From IMG/VR virus record IMGVR_UViG_2816332336_000005, positions 1 to 64,000 of that record: a stretch of DNA of 64,000 bases. The stretch is one strand, 5' to 3'. The position numbers and the translations under genes are program-made. This DNA comes from a virus (taxonomy: Duplodnaviria; Caudoviricetes). Numbering within the stretch: position 1 is the first letter of the stretch; every line of letters starts with the position of its first letter. Below, one piece after another: positions 37,559 through 46,609 of the stretch. Under the pieces are notes generated by a model. The model was given only the letters and a program-made list of their open reading frames with translations. It was not told where the DNA came from and made no database searches.

Positions 37559-38634
37559 GCTCGTTTCTCTCCTCTCAGGGACTCATATAATTCTTTTAGC
37601 TCAGGATCATCCATAATCGTTTGCTTTTGCCTATCAAGCGTTGGATGTTCTAGTTGCTCCCGTTCTATTTGGCGCTGTACTGCTGCTGGAAGCTTGTCCT
37701 GCACAACATGCTTGCCATATCCTTTTTTGCCTTGTACAACTTGCAAATGGTTAGCCCTCTCTGCTTTGGAACGCTCATGATCTTGCTTATTTAGTTCAGC
37801 GTGTTCGGCTGTTTTGATGCCTCTTGATGGGAATTTATTAATAATGCCTCTGCAATAGATCCAATCCTTGCCATTCTCTGCTGCTTCCCTCATAGCCCAA
37901 GCAATAGCTGACATTTCTATTCCGTCATCAAGGTAACTATGTAAGAGTTCCGTCATGATGAAAGTTGGCTCGAAAACGAAATATTTTTTGTATTGGTCTA
38001 TGACACTGTTAAAAACATGCAAATCTCTACCGCCTACCTCCACCACTTCCCCTAAGGGGGATATAGGGGGTGTAGTATTATCTGTATCTGGTTCTGTATC
38101 TGGTTCTGTATCTGAATCTGTATCTGTATATATAGCGTGACTCGGCGTGACATCCTGTGACTTACCTTCTTTTACTTCGTGACCGTCACGCTTAGAATCA
38201 GTAGAACCAGCGTCATCATTAGCTTTTTTCTCTTCGGACTCTTTCTGCTTCTTCTTCTCTTCTGCTTCTTTAGCGCGTTGCTTCCTTTTTCTCTCTCGTG
38301 TGTTCTCTGGTTTATCAGATGATTTTTCGTATTGTCGATTCATGAAGTTGATCAATGTCACGCTACCATCAGCGTGACGCTCCATCATTTTGAGCGTGAC
38401 ACACATTTCAATAAAACCATTTGCTTGATCTAATTCTGACGCTGTTAGGCCAGCAACATGGGCTAAATCTTGATCGGTGTATTCAATGCCATCAGCGATG
38501 AATAATCTGCCTCGATCTGTTGAATTAGATGCCTCACACATAGCTGCAATCCATAACCATTTCTGCGTTGCGTTTAATCTTCGTAACTTCGGATCAACTA
38601 ATATTTCCGGATAAAGCCTCAACCATTTAACCAT
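37555..38634 (-). CDS. Replication initiator (replisome organiser N-terminus, DnaD-like C-terminus)
   Basis: 'KWLRLY..ILVDPKL', 'RERKRKQR', DTDxD linker, 'WIYCRGI'; start set at MVKWL. Confidence 0.85.
   Translation of the reverse strand: MVKWLRLYPEILVDPKLRRLNATQKWLWIAAMCEASNSTDRGRLFIADGIEYTDQDLAHVAGLTASELDQANGFIEMCVTLKMMERHADGSVTLINFMNRQYEKSSDKPENTRERKRKQRAKEAEEKKKQKESEEKKANDDAGSTDSKRDGHEVKEGKSQDVTPSHAIYTDTDSDTEPDTEPDTDNTTPPISPLGEVVEVGGRDLHVFNSVIDQYKKYFVFEPTFIMTELLHSYLDDGIEMSAIAWAMREAAENGKDWIYCRGIINKFPSRGIKTAEHAELNKQDHERSKAERANHLQVVQGKKGYGKHVVQDKLPAAVQRQIEREQLEHPTLDRQKQTIMDDPELKELYESLRGEKRA
38079..38190. other. Probable phage replication origin (iteron-like repeats within initiator gene)
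   Basis: TCTGTATCTGG-type repeats and clustered (C)GTGAC/GTCACG repeats. Confidence 0.5.
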
Positions 38635-38644
38635 GTCCTCACCC

Positions 38645-38995
38645 CTACGATGCTCCATTTGTGTAGTACGGGAGCAATACTTTCTCTCGATAATTCCGAA
38701 ACGCTTGACGCCCTTCTTTCGTGTGGTGAGCCTTCCAATGACACGTGCCTTTTTGACCAACAGGCCCGCAGGCTAAAGCAATGTTATGGACCTCTCCAGT
38801 GCCTCCCTCGCTTTTAAAAATGATGTGATGTGCTTCTAGCCATGTAGTCTTGCCACACAGCACACAACGCCCGTTATCTCGCTTCATTACTTCTTTGTAG
38901 ACAGCCGGGGAAATTCTTCCCCGGGCTCCGCGTTTTTTCGTTCTACGCTTGAAATTTGGCTTTTGTACAGCTCTTACTTCATCAAACATTCCCAT
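38645..38995 (-). CDS. HNH endonuclease
   Basis: 'RDNGRCVLCG..LEAHHI...GG.G...N...C...CH...H'. Confidence 0.88.
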   Translation of the reverse strand: MGMFDEVRAVQKPNFKRRTKKRGARGRISPAVYKEVMKRDNGRCVLCGKTTWLEAHHIIFKSEGGTGEVHNIALACGPVGQKGTCHWKAHHTKEGRQAFRNYREKVLLPYYTNGAS

Positions 38996-39008
38996 GTTTA
39001 TCACCATC

Positions 39009-39422
39009 CTAGAAAGGTAAGTCATCATCTGAAATATTGATTGGTTTATCACTAGCGAAAGGATCATCGAATGAACTCTTATTGCTCTGTTGAGTTTGTC
39101 CATCTTTATAACTTAGGAACTGTACATTTTCTGCTATAACCTCAGTGACAAATCGTTTTTTACCATCCTGATCATCATAGCTACGAACCTGTATACGTCC
39201 CTCTAACGCGCATTTCTTCCCTTTTGATAAATAATTAGCGCATAGGTCGGCAAGCTGTCTCCAAACCACGATATTGATGAAATCTGCTTCGTTTTGTCCG
39301 TTCTGAACACGACGGTTAACTGCCAATGTGAATGTAGCAACCGCAACTCCATTTGGTGTGTATTTCATCTCAACATCTCGTGCAAGATTTCCGATGAGAA
39401 TAACTCTATTCAAATCATGCAA
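39009..39422 (-). CDS. ssb: Single-stranded DNA-binding protein
   Basis: '[12 protein letters not shown]', acidic tail 'DDDLPF'. Confidence 0.96.
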   Translation of the reverse strand: MHDLNRVILIGNLARDVEMKYTPNGVAVATFTLAVNRRVQNGQNEADFINIVVWRQLADLCANYLSKGKKCALEGRIQVRSYDDQDGKKRFVTEVIAENVQFLSYKDGQTQQSNKSSFDDPFASDKPINISDDDLPF

Positions 39423-40017
39423 CCCCTTTTTCTTTCATCTTTTCTGTTAGGAACCTCTCGATTTGTTCATCCGTTTTTCCTTTTGATCGTTCTGTTTTAT
39501 ACCAATCATCAAACCCGTTTAGCGATCCAGCGAGCATCTGCCACTTAGCTTTTAATACAGCTTCTTTACTGTCGTTAACGTTCGGTTGAGCCTTTGATTG
39601 ATCTTTTGGCTTTTTTTCATCTAATTCAGCAGAACTTACTTTGTCTGGGTCTTCTCCTGTAGGAATAGCAAAGGTTCTTAGAAGCAAATATTTATAGGCA
39701 TATGTCATAGCCTTACCTACACCTTTATCTTGTGTATCTGCCCCTGTTCCACTTGAAACAGCTTCTATGCTGTCTCCTGTATCTACATCAACAATCCGGT
39801 ACCGAACATTCACTGTGGTAAGCTGATCCACTTTGGAATGCTCTTGATGGATAGGGATTATCACAAGCCCATGTTCCCGCATTGCTTTTCCTACAGCAGA
39901 CGTTACTTTCTCTTCTGAGATAGCCTTATATTTCGTGGATTTAAACTCCACTTTGTCATCTTTTTGGAGATAGGACACATCATTCATCACAGCGAGAATC
40001 TTTTTGTATACATTCAT
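39415..40017 (-). CDS. ERF family ssDNA annealing protein
   Basis: '[15 protein letters not shown]...F.IPTGEDPD'. Confidence 0.9.
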   Translation of the reverse strand: MNVYKKILAVMNDVSYLQKDDKVEFKSTKYKAISEEKVTSAVGKAMREHGLVIIPIHQEHSKVDQLTTVNVRYRIVDVDTGDSIEAVSSGTGADTQDKGVGKAMTYAYKYLLLRTFAIPTGEDPDKVSSAELDEKKPKDQSKAQPNVNDSKEAVLKAKWQMLAGSLNGFDDWYKTERSKGKTDEQIERFLTEKMKEKGVA

Positions 40018-40027
40018 GTTCTCACTC

Positions 40028-40513
40028 CTATTTGATCTGTAAGGAAGTACCTTTTACTAGCGTTACGCCCGGTATTTCCTCGCCTGATTTCAAACGTTCT
40101 GACATCGACTTTTTATCAAGAATTGGTGGTGGCGTTACCCAGAACATTTGAGGGATTTCAATTTCGTTTACCACCTGTACTGAACCCGTATTCTTTCTAA
40201 CTGAGATAGTGAAGATCGGTGTTTTGACTTTTTGTAATCCAGCTACCTCTAGTTGCTCTTTCAGATAGAGCTTTAAGCCCTCCTGCTTCTTTTCTAGGCG
40301 TCTCCTACGTTCAGCTAGGCGAGCCTCTTCCTGTTTAATCACCTCTACCTCAGCCGAGATATTACGCACCATTTTGGCGATATTATCAGCCTTATTTCCG
40401 ATAGCATCTTTTATGGATTGTAGAGTGTTAACTAGAGCCTCTGTTGGCGTCTCATCATCCAATATGATTTGTGCAACCTCAGCATAAGCACCAGCAAGAT
40501 CATACAACCTCAT
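40028..40513 (-). CDS. Siphovirus Gp157 family protein
   Basis: 'LYDL...KADNIAK...RL..RR...LKSGEEIPGV.L....LQIK'. Confidence 0.9.
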   Translation of the reverse strand: MRLYDLAGAYAEVAQIILDDETPTEALVNTLQSIKDAIGNKADNIAKMVRNISAEVEVIKQEEARLAERRRRLEKKQEGLKLYLKEQLEVAGLQKVKTPIFTISVRKNTGSVQVVNEIEIPQMFWVTPPPILDKKSMSERLKSGEEIPGVTLVKGTSLQIK

Positions 40514-40767
40514 AGTCCAACACCTCCGTAGAGCTTCATCAAATTGTCAAAGTGTTTTTTTACATCCACTAGGTATTCGAGGTTTTGTTCTGTTGAAAAT
40601 TCCTCCCAAGATACGGTTAGATATTTTAGATCCTCACTAATGCTTTCTACCTTCTCCCGTAACTCATCCCCCGGTTCATTGAAGGCTTTAATGCCATGAA
40701 GGAGATATCCTTGCCGATCAGGTTCAACACGCTCTACAAATTGCGGAAAATCAAGCAATGCTGGCAT
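40510..40767 (-). CDS. Hypothetical protein
   Basis: Translationally coupled in the early operon. Confidence 0.6.
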   Translation of the reverse strand: MPALLDFPQFVERVEPDRQGYLLHGIKAFNEPGDELREKVESISEDLKYLTVSWEEFSTEQNLEYLVDVKKHFDNLMKLYGGVGL

Positions 40768-40999
40768 ACTGTTTCCCCTCCCGTACTAAGGCTGCTGCAT
40801 GATCTTCACAGCGCCATAATTCTGTTTGTAATCCCCCTCTTGTTGATTTCATTTCAGCTAGCTCTCTACCGATCTTGCTGATCTTTTCTTCCAAAGCTAG
40901 TATTTCTTCATCCATTGATCTAATTTCTGTATTTAAGCGATCGATAGCACGATTTTGTTCGTTTAGCTCTATTTGAACGGTTCTGATATTTCTTTCCAT
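40751..40999 (-). CDS. Hypothetical coiled-coil protein
   Basis: Start set at MERNIR after GGAGG; heptad pattern. Confidence 0.6.
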   Translation of the reverse strand: MERNIRTVQIELNEQNRAIDRLNTEIRSMDEEILALEEKISKIGRELAEMKSTRGGLQTELWRCEDHAAALVREGKQYASIA

Positions 41000-41048
41000 G
41001 CTTGTCCAACCTCCAATTATTTGGTATTGTAGAGGTACAAATTTTTGA

Positions 41049-41222
41049 TTAAGATGCCGTCTGTTGGTCGCAGGCGGTTTTTTCATGCTCTCTTATTTGT
41101 TCTGTAATCCACCGGGTAACTTGGCGATAGTTTTCATGAGCCTGATGATCTCCTGCTGTCTTAGTAATCATCATCAATCGCTGATATCTTTTTAGATCAG
41201 CAACTAAGTCCTCATAGTTCAC
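41049..41222 (-). CDS. Hypothetical 57-aa protein (not in ORF track)
   Basis: RBS AAGGGGG plus GTG; MNYEDLVADLKRYQRLMMITK...DQQTAS*. Confidence 0.55.
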   Translation of the reverse strand: MNYEDLVADLKRYQRLMMITKTAGDHQAHENYRQVTRWITEQIREHEKTACDQQTAS

Positions 41223-41427
41223 GCAGATAATCCCCCTTATTTAAGATTCGTTGAGATTGTTCAAACTGGCGTGTTACTTTGATATCCGACACCTTCCTCG
41301 CTATGATCTCCTTCCTTGTGGCATCGACCTCATCCCCGTTTTCACGACTAATCTCTGAAAGAATAAGCATCCCTTGTGCGATGTGATACAGCTCCTCTTC
41401 GTCCAAACCATCCAGCATTTCTTTCAC
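41212..41427 (-). CDS. Hypothetical protein
   Basis: RBS AAGGAG; early operon. Confidence 0.6.
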   Translation of the reverse strand: MKEMLDGLDEEELYHIAQGMLILSEISRENGDEVDATRKEIIARKVSDIKVTRQFEQSQRILNKGDYLREL

Positions 41428-41439
41428 CTTCTCACTCCT

Positions 41440-41688
41440 TTACACCATTACTGATAGAACGTTTTGCATGATGGACATTCCATCCATTCCACAGAAGAAC
41501 GCTACAGCCACCTCCTTCGCTCCTGTGGCTTCTATCCACGCTAGTCCCGTTTGGAAATCCAACGTTTTCTTATCTGTCTCCAGCTTGCTTATGCAACTTC
41601 TTGAACGATTGAGCTTTTCGGCTAATTGTTCTTGGCTTAACCCTGCTCTTTCTCTGCAAGCGTGCAGTATCGCTCCGAACTTCTTCAC
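41440..41688 (-). CDS. XRE-family HTH protein
   Basis: 'RERAGLSQEQLAEKL..SRSCISKLE'. Confidence 0.88.
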   Translation of the reverse strand: MKKFGAILHACRERAGLSQEQLAEKLNRSRSCISKLETDKKTLDFQTGLAWIEATGAKEVAVAFFCGMDGMSIMQNVLSVMV

Positions 41689-41820
41689 TTTTCTCTCTCC
41701 TTCTTCAAACTTGTTCCATTTTGTTCCAAATAAGAACAGCCAAATTTGATAAGTTGTTTTACAATTAAAGTGTGTTCATCTTTCATGCTTTCCCTCGGGC
41801 TGCTCACCTGGGGGAATTTT

Positions 41821-42009
41821 TTAACCAACTTGATAACTTTCTTCTTCGGATTTACGCATCCATTCGTCGATAACTTCCTTTCGAAATAAGATGCGCCCTC
41901 TAACTCTTGTATTTGGTATCTGCTTTTTTCGAACCATTGTATAGATTGTGTCGGTGCTAACACCTAGATAAGTTGCTATTTCAGAAACGGACATTGTTGT
42001 TTTTGTCAT
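41821..42009 (-). CDS. Excisionase-like DNA-binding protein (HTH_17)
   Basis: 'MSVSEIATYLGVSTDTIYTMVR..QIP..RV.GRILF....IDEW'. Confidence 0.85.
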   Translation of the reverse strand: MTKTTMSVSEIATYLGVSTDTIYTMVRKKQIPNTRVRGRILFRKEVIDEWMRKSEEESYQVG

Positions 42010-42094
42010 ATTAATTGCTCCTTTTTGAATTTTTTTACCTCTTTCTGGTAAAATGGAGTTGTCGAGACTACTTCTACTAGAAAGGGGGATAAAA

Positions 42095-42364
42095 ATGATT
42101 ACATATGCTGAAGTGAAATGTTACAACTGCGAAAATAAGTTTCCTGTATATTGGCATGATTGGGAAAAGAATTTACCTATTAAATGTCCTTTTTGTGTAA
42201 CTCAGTTTACTGACCGTCAAACTGAACATCTAAAACTTGCTCTTGGCACTGCCTCTGAATTAAATGGCAAGCTTAGAAGTGAAGCTATGGACGGTGGTGA
42301 CCTTTTCCAAGTTGATTTCAAACATGTATTTGTTCCAGTCGAAAAGTATCGTTTAGATGATTAA
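42095..42364 (+). CDS. Hypothetical Zn-ribbon protein, opposite strand to the early operon
   Basis: CYNC...CPFC; RBS AAAGGGGG plus ATG at 42095; TGGTAAAAT promoter at ~42046. Confidence 0.7.
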   Translation: MITYAEVKCYNCENKFPVYWHDWEKNLPIKCPFCVTQFTDRQTEHLKLALGTASELNGKLRSEAMDGGDLFQVDFKHVFVPVEKYRLDD

Positions 42365-42539
42365 ACAGTTTTTCAGTTTGACTAGGATTGAGATTGTTTC
42401 GTTTTATAATGTTCGAAATTTCGGTTGTTATAATAGCGTAACAATCTCTTCCTAGTTCAATTTTCAATTCATTGGCTTCAAACTTATAACGCTCGATAAA
42501 ACTTTCTAGCTTTTCGGTCGGACTAGCCATTCTTATCAC
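42318..42539 (-). CDS. Hypothetical protein
   Basis: Directly follows the cro-like gene. Confidence 0.5.
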   Translation of the reverse strand: MIRMASPTEKLESFIERYKFEANELKIELGRDCYAIITTEISNIIKRNNLNPSQTEKLFNHLNDTFRLEQIHV

Positions 42540-42542
42540 CCC

Positions 42543-42779
42543 TTAGGCTGTTTTTTGTTCACTTTTGTGACCACAATCAATAAAAAAAATAACCTCAAAC
42601 TGTACTTCTAATGTTTCGCATATTTCTTTCGCTACTTGCGGACTTGGGTTTCGATTACCACTCTCCAGTAGGGAGATGTAAGACACCGCTTTATTAATTT
42701 CTCGTGCAAGACCTCGTTGAGAAAACCCTTTTTTTATTCGAGCCTGAGCAAAATCATGTACCTTAACCTTTATCTTCAT
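42543..42779 (-). CDS. Cro-like XRE HTH regulator
   Basis: 'RIKKGFSQRGLA...YISLLESGNRNPS'; divergent from CI; start set at MKIKV. Confidence 0.85.
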   Translation of the reverse strand: MKIKVKVHDFAQARIKKGFSQRGLAREINKAVSYISLLESGNRNPSPQVAKEICETLEVQFEVIFFIDCGHKSEQKTA

Positions 42780-42927
42780 TGTCACCATCCTTTCAACTGG
42801 TTCCTTATGTGACCATAATAACATTGAATGTAACTTTTTGCAACCGTTTTTGGTTCTTTTTGAAAACAATTGTTTTCATTCGTGAACATGGTAAAATAAA
42901 ACTAATTGTGCTCACAAATGTTTACTA
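42555..42927. promoter_or_regulatory. Lysis-lysogeny switch with operator-like imperfect palindromes
   Basis: TGTTCACTTTTGTGACCA (~42556), TGGTTCCTTATGTGACCA (~42798), TGGTTCTTTTTGAAAACA (~42851), TGTTTTCATTCGTGAACA (~42871); divergent promoters. Confidence 0.6.
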
Positions 42928-42943
42928 GAAAGGAGGAGACTCC

Positions 42944-43573
42944 TTGGATTTCGGTAAGTACCTAAAAAATATTCGGGAAAGTCGTTCCCTTTCTGTTAGG
43001 GAGTTAGCCAAAAGATCCGATGTGTCCCATTCCCATATTTCTCAAATCGAGACAGGTCAAAGAGGTATTCCAAAACCTGATACTATAAAAAAACTGGCTG
43101 ATGGGTTAAATATTCCCTTTGACGAACTGATGCAATACGCCGGATATATAGAACAATCTACTTATACTAATCAGGAAGAGTTTGATTCTTTAAATAGTAG
43201 CAGTGAAAGCCTCTCTAAAGCTGGTCAGAGAATCAAGCTGTTACGTGAAACAAGAAAATGGTCCCAGTTATTATTGTCTGAAAAACTTGGTATAAACAAT
43301 AGCGTTCTATCAAGAATTGAAGCTGGAAAGCGTGATGTAGAAGATTATTTGCTTAATAAAGCAGCAGATATTTTTGATGTAACATCTGATTATTTGCTCG
43401 GCAGGACAAATGATCCAAGCCCCAATAATGCGAAGTATAATGACAATGATTCGAATATAGGTCTAGCCTTTTCCGATGGTGGAGAAACAGAACTTACTGA
43501 GGAAGAAGAGTTATACCTTAAAGAGAGCTTAATGCTATTTAGAAGAATGAAAGAAAAACGTTCAAACAAATAA
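42944..43573 (+). CDS. CI/ImmR-like repressor with two tandem XRE HTH domains
   Basis: Two HTH_3 motifs ('RESRSLSVRELA', 'RETRKWSQLLLS') and 'SDYLLGRT'. Confidence 0.88.
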   Translation: MDFGKYLKNIRESRSLSVRELAKRSDVSHSHISQIETGQRGIPKPDTIKKLADGLNIPFDELMQYAGYIEQSTYTNQEEFDSLNSSSESLSKAGQRIKLLRETRKWSQLLLSEKLGINNSVLSRIEAGKRDVEDYLLNKAADIFDVTSDYLLGRTNDPSPNNAKYNDNDSNIGLAFSDGGETELTEEEELYLKESLMLFRRMKEKRSNK

Positions 43574-43618
43574 TAGAACCTTTTTAGCCCTAAGGGCTAT
43601 TATTTTCAACTATAGATA

Positions 43619-43632
43619 CGAACATACGTTTG
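43619..43632 (+). promoter_or_regulatory. LexA (Cheo) box upstream of the immA-like gene
   Basis: CGAACATACGTTTG. Confidence 0.7.
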
Positions 43633-43649
43633 AGGAACGAGGGGACATC

Positions 43650-44282
43650 ATGGATTTTTCACTTTATAAGACAATGCCATTAGAAGATTGGATTAACTCA
43701 ATTTATCTCCAAAACTCTATTTGTACTCCTGATGATCTTGAAATTGAACAGATTTCATCTATCTTTGGAGGAGAGGTTATCTATCTACCAACAAATTCTC
43801 ATGCCAGATGGATTGATGATGGAACTACTGAATTTCTTATAGTGGTGAATAGTCGTTTAGATGAGATAGCTATACGTGGTCAATTCTTTCATGAACTTTG
43901 TCACCCCCTTCGACACTCGGGAAATCAAAAAGTACTTCCCCGAGCATTCTGTGATTTACAAGAGGCACAAGCTTTTCATTTTCAATTGTACTCTTCAATA
44001 CCGTTTTATATGGTCAGAGAACTCGATCTCCCTCTGTATGAAAAAGACATATCTCAATATATAAGTCACACTTTCAAAGTGCCCATTGAACTTGCCACAC
44101 ATCGCTTTAAACAAATCAAAGCACGCATTCAACAGGAAGAATATCGACTCACTATTTCTACCCATCTTCAGGAATGGTATCGAAAATCTATTCCAGAAAA
44201 CTGGTCAGACGAGACGAAAACACTTTTCCGTCTGGCACTTAAAAGGAAGTTTGAAAAAGAAAGAGAAGTTGTCCTTAGCTAA
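43650..44282 (+). CDS. ImmA/IrrE family metalloprotease (anti-repressor)
   Basis: 'FFHELCHPLRHSGNQ...QEAQA..F' HExxH motif; between repressor and integrase. Confidence 0.9.
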   Translation: MDFSLYKTMPLEDWINSIYLQNSICTPDDLEIEQISSIFGGEVIYLPTNSHARWIDDGTTEFLIVVNSRLDEIAIRGQFFHELCHPLRHSGNQKVLPRAFCDLQEAQAFHFQLYSSIPFYMVRELDLPLYEKDISQYISHTFKVPIELATHRFKQIKARIQQEEYRLTISTHLQEWYRKSIPENWSDETKTLFRLALKRKFEKEREVVLS

Positions 44283-44378
44283 AAGTGGCTGTTTATCACA
44301 CTCTTTTTATAGGTTCTTTATGATTCCATTACTCTTTTAAAACGTAAGGAATTACTACATATAAAATCTGAAAATGAG

Positions 44379-45569
44379 GTGGAGAGATTGGCTAGCATTG
44401 AAAGACGGGGTAAAGACTCTTTTCGTTTGGTTGTGGAAGTTGGCTATGATGCAAACGGCAAACGAATTAAACGCACAAAGACTATTAAAGGTGTAGGTAA
44501 ACGTGAGGCAGAAAAAGAATTGGCCAAATTTATCATGGAAGTTGAGTCAGGAGAATACATTGCTCCAGAAAAAATGACATTAGCTACTTTTGTAGATGAG
44601 TGGAAAGAAAAATATGCTAAAAGGGAGTTAGCTCCTAAAACATTAGAGAATTATCTTATCCAAATCAATAATAGAATTCTTCCTGAATTTGGGCATATGA
44701 GATTAGATCAAATAAAGCCACTCCATATAATCACCTTCATTAATAAGCTTCAAGGTGAAGGTATTAGGAACGATAACAGAGAAGGAAAGCTTTCTTCTAG
44801 TATGATCGAATACATCCATAAAGTTCTTAAAAATATTTTCAATCGTGCTGTAGAATGGAAAGTCATAAAAAAACACCCGATGGAATCCTTAAAAAAGCCT
44901 AAGGTTGAACAAGAAGAAATGTCAGTTTATGAAGAAGAAGAGATTCGACTGCTCTTTATAGCACTAGAGAAAGAATCTTTAATGTGGAGAATCATGGTAA
45001 CCCTTGCTCTTACTTGCGGTCTGAGAAGAGGTGAATTACTTGCCTTAGAATGGGATAATGTGAACTTCGAGGAGAGTTATATCTATATTAAACATTCACT
45101 ATCCTATTCCAAAGAGTCTGGATACCTAATCAAAGAGCCTAAGACAAAAAACTCCAAAAGAAAAGTATCTATTCCTTTAAGTCTAATACCGGACCTAAAA
45201 GAATTAAAAAAGCAAGCAATGAAAGATCGGCTTAAAGCAGAGGAACTATGGGAAGGTGGAGAAAGATTTTTTGTATTTACTTCTTGGCATGGTAAGCCTC
45301 TATATCCATCAAGCGTAAAAACATGGTGGTCACGATTTACAAAAAGACACGCATTAAGATATATTCGTTTTCACGACTTACGCCACACATCAGCTACATT
45401 ACTTATCAACCAAGGTGTACACACTAAGATAGTTAGTCAAAGATTGGGACATGCGAAAACATCTACAACTAATGATATCTATGCTCATGTATTACTTTCT
45501 GCTGATAAAGAAACAGCCAAACATTTTGATTCTCTCCTACAAAATATATCAGTCCCCAAAAATGCATAA
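44379..45569 (+). CDS. int: Tyrosine integrase of prophage 1
   Basis: 'TCGLRRGELLAL', 'RFHDLRH', 'RLGH...TT..IYAH'; adjacent to att. Confidence 0.95.
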   Translation: MERLASIERRGKDSFRLVVEVGYDANGKRIKRTKTIKGVGKREAEKELAKFIMEVESGEYIAPEKMTLATFVDEWKEKYAKRELAPKTLENYLIQINNRILPEFGHMRLDQIKPLHIITFINKLQGEGIRNDNREGKLSSSMIEYIHKVLKNIFNRAVEWKVIKKHPMESLKKPKVEQEEMSVYEEEEIRLLFIALEKESLMWRIMVTLALTCGLRRGELLALEWDNVNFEESYIYIKHSLSYSKESGYLIKEPKTKNSKRKVSIPLSLIPDLKELKKQAMKDRLKAEELWEGGERFFVFTSWHGKPLYPSSVKTWWSRFTKRHALRYIRFHDLRHTSATLLINQGVHTKIVSQRLGHAKTSTTNDIYAHVLLSADKETAKHFDSLLQNISVPKNA

Positions 45570-45720
45570 CTCGAATTTTAGGCAACAAAAAAGAGGACAA
45601 AAAAAAGTTTCGTCCCCAATTCGTCCCCAAGTTAGAATTCAAGAGCCTGTACTAGTAAATTAAACAACCCTGTTACATCAAAAAAAGCCTTGATAATCAA
45701 GGCTTTTAACGTTTCTGTTA

Positions 45721-45765
45721 TGGTGATCCGGACTGGGTTCGAACCAGCGACCCCCACCCTGTCAA
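45721..45765 (-). repeat. att core: 3' half of tRNA-Val(GAC), right copy (junction of prophages 1 and 2)
   Basis: Minus strand TTGACAGGGTGGGGGTCGCTGGTTCGAACCCAGTCCGGATCACCA; no tRNA 5' half beside it. Confidence 0.92.
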
Positions 45766-45946
45766 CTATCCGATTTGGGTTCGGAGCCTTTCCGTTATGT
45801 CCTCCCGCCTGTCCATCCGCTACATATCAACGTTTGTCCATCCGCTCTCTTTCCGTTAATGAGTATTATACCGTACAGGAGCAGTAAACAGCAAATTTCT
45901 TGACCTACAGACTGGGTTGCAAATGTGCCCTCGGGTCTCTTCTATT

Positions 45947-46291
45947 TTAATCGGTAACGGACGCAATGTTCCCGAAATCAATCCACGTCCAATCCCCGTT
46001 TTCTTCCTCGATTCTAACTTGCTTCATAATCGTATCAAACGACTTGGCAACGCCCCTCACCGTCAGGAACTCGCCTCCATTCTCGGAGACTTCCCGCCAA
46101 TACTTAACGGTTATCTCGAAGTTATAACGTTTACTTTCCGTCAGCCTATAGTTAATCGCCATGATTTCGTCATGATCGAGGTCAGGCTTCGGTAGTAACG
46201 ATAGCTCTCTTCGGTGTTGCTCCGGCAATACCATACGCATGGAGCCGAATAAATCGTTAATCTTTGTTCGTTTTTGCATAGTAAAACTCAT
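45947..46291 (-). CDS. YolD-like family protein
   Basis: 'SMRMVLPE...KPDLD.DE...WIDFGNI..V'. Confidence 0.8.
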   Translation of the reverse strand: MSFTMQKRTKINDLFGSMRMVLPEQHRRELSLLPKPDLDHDEIMAINYRLTESKRYNFEITVKYWREVSENGGEFLTVRGVAKSFDTIMKQVRIEEENGDWTWIDFGNIASVTD

Positions 46292-46571
46292 CCCCCGTCC
46301 ATAGCCAATCTATCAAGTCTAGGTTAGGTGATACGATGATGTCAACGATTTGATTGACGCGGATCGTATGTGAGCTCCAGTCCGTCAATAGCTTGATTTG
46401 TTCGTTATCATTAGCCGCGATCCAGCCCCATGACGTATGGGCTCCTGTTTGGTCCGACCAGATAACCAATAGTGGCCTGTTGTTGTTTATAGAATCGTTG
46501 ATGATATACTGTACGTCCTCTAATTGAGTACGAGAGATAGGTTTTATCGTCTCAACAAACAAATCCAGCAT
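46257..46571 (-). CDS. Divergent YolD-like/SH3-fold protein
   Basis: 'QLEDVQYII..SI...WGWI...IKL...I...QIVDI' resembles the YolD C-terminal half. Confidence 0.55.
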   Translation of the reverse strand: MLDLFVETIKPISRTQLEDVQYIINDSINNNRPLLVIWSDQTGAHTSWGWIAANDNEQIKLLTDWSSHTIRVNQIVDIIVSPNLDLIDWLWTGDEFYYAKTNKD

Positions 46572-46595
46572 AATACCGCCGCCCTCTGTTTAAAT

Positions 46596-46609
46596 AGAAC
46601 ATTTGTTCC
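46596..46609 (-). promoter_or_regulatory. LexA (Cheo) box
   Basis: AGAACATTTGTTCC, perfect GAAC-N4-GTTC, beside minus-strand TATAAT (46611-46616) and TTGCAT -35. Confidence 0.8.

Larger units (their letters stand above)
7674..45765. mobile_element. Prophage 1, apparently complete ~38-kb temperate myovirus-type phage
   Basis: Flanked by 45-bp direct repeats; carries integrase, immunity, replication, packaging, head, sheath/baseplate tail and lysis modules. Confidence 0.93.

Noticed and set aside
41685-41963. 92-aa minus-strand ORF
   Set aside because: It overlaps the excisionase-like gene in another frame and runs through a hairpin/promoter region; no evident RBS.
45690-46195. + strand ORFs 45690-45887 and 45917-46195
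   Set aside because: The first is a translation of the antisense tRNA fragment and terminator; the second is a shadow of the yolD-like gene.
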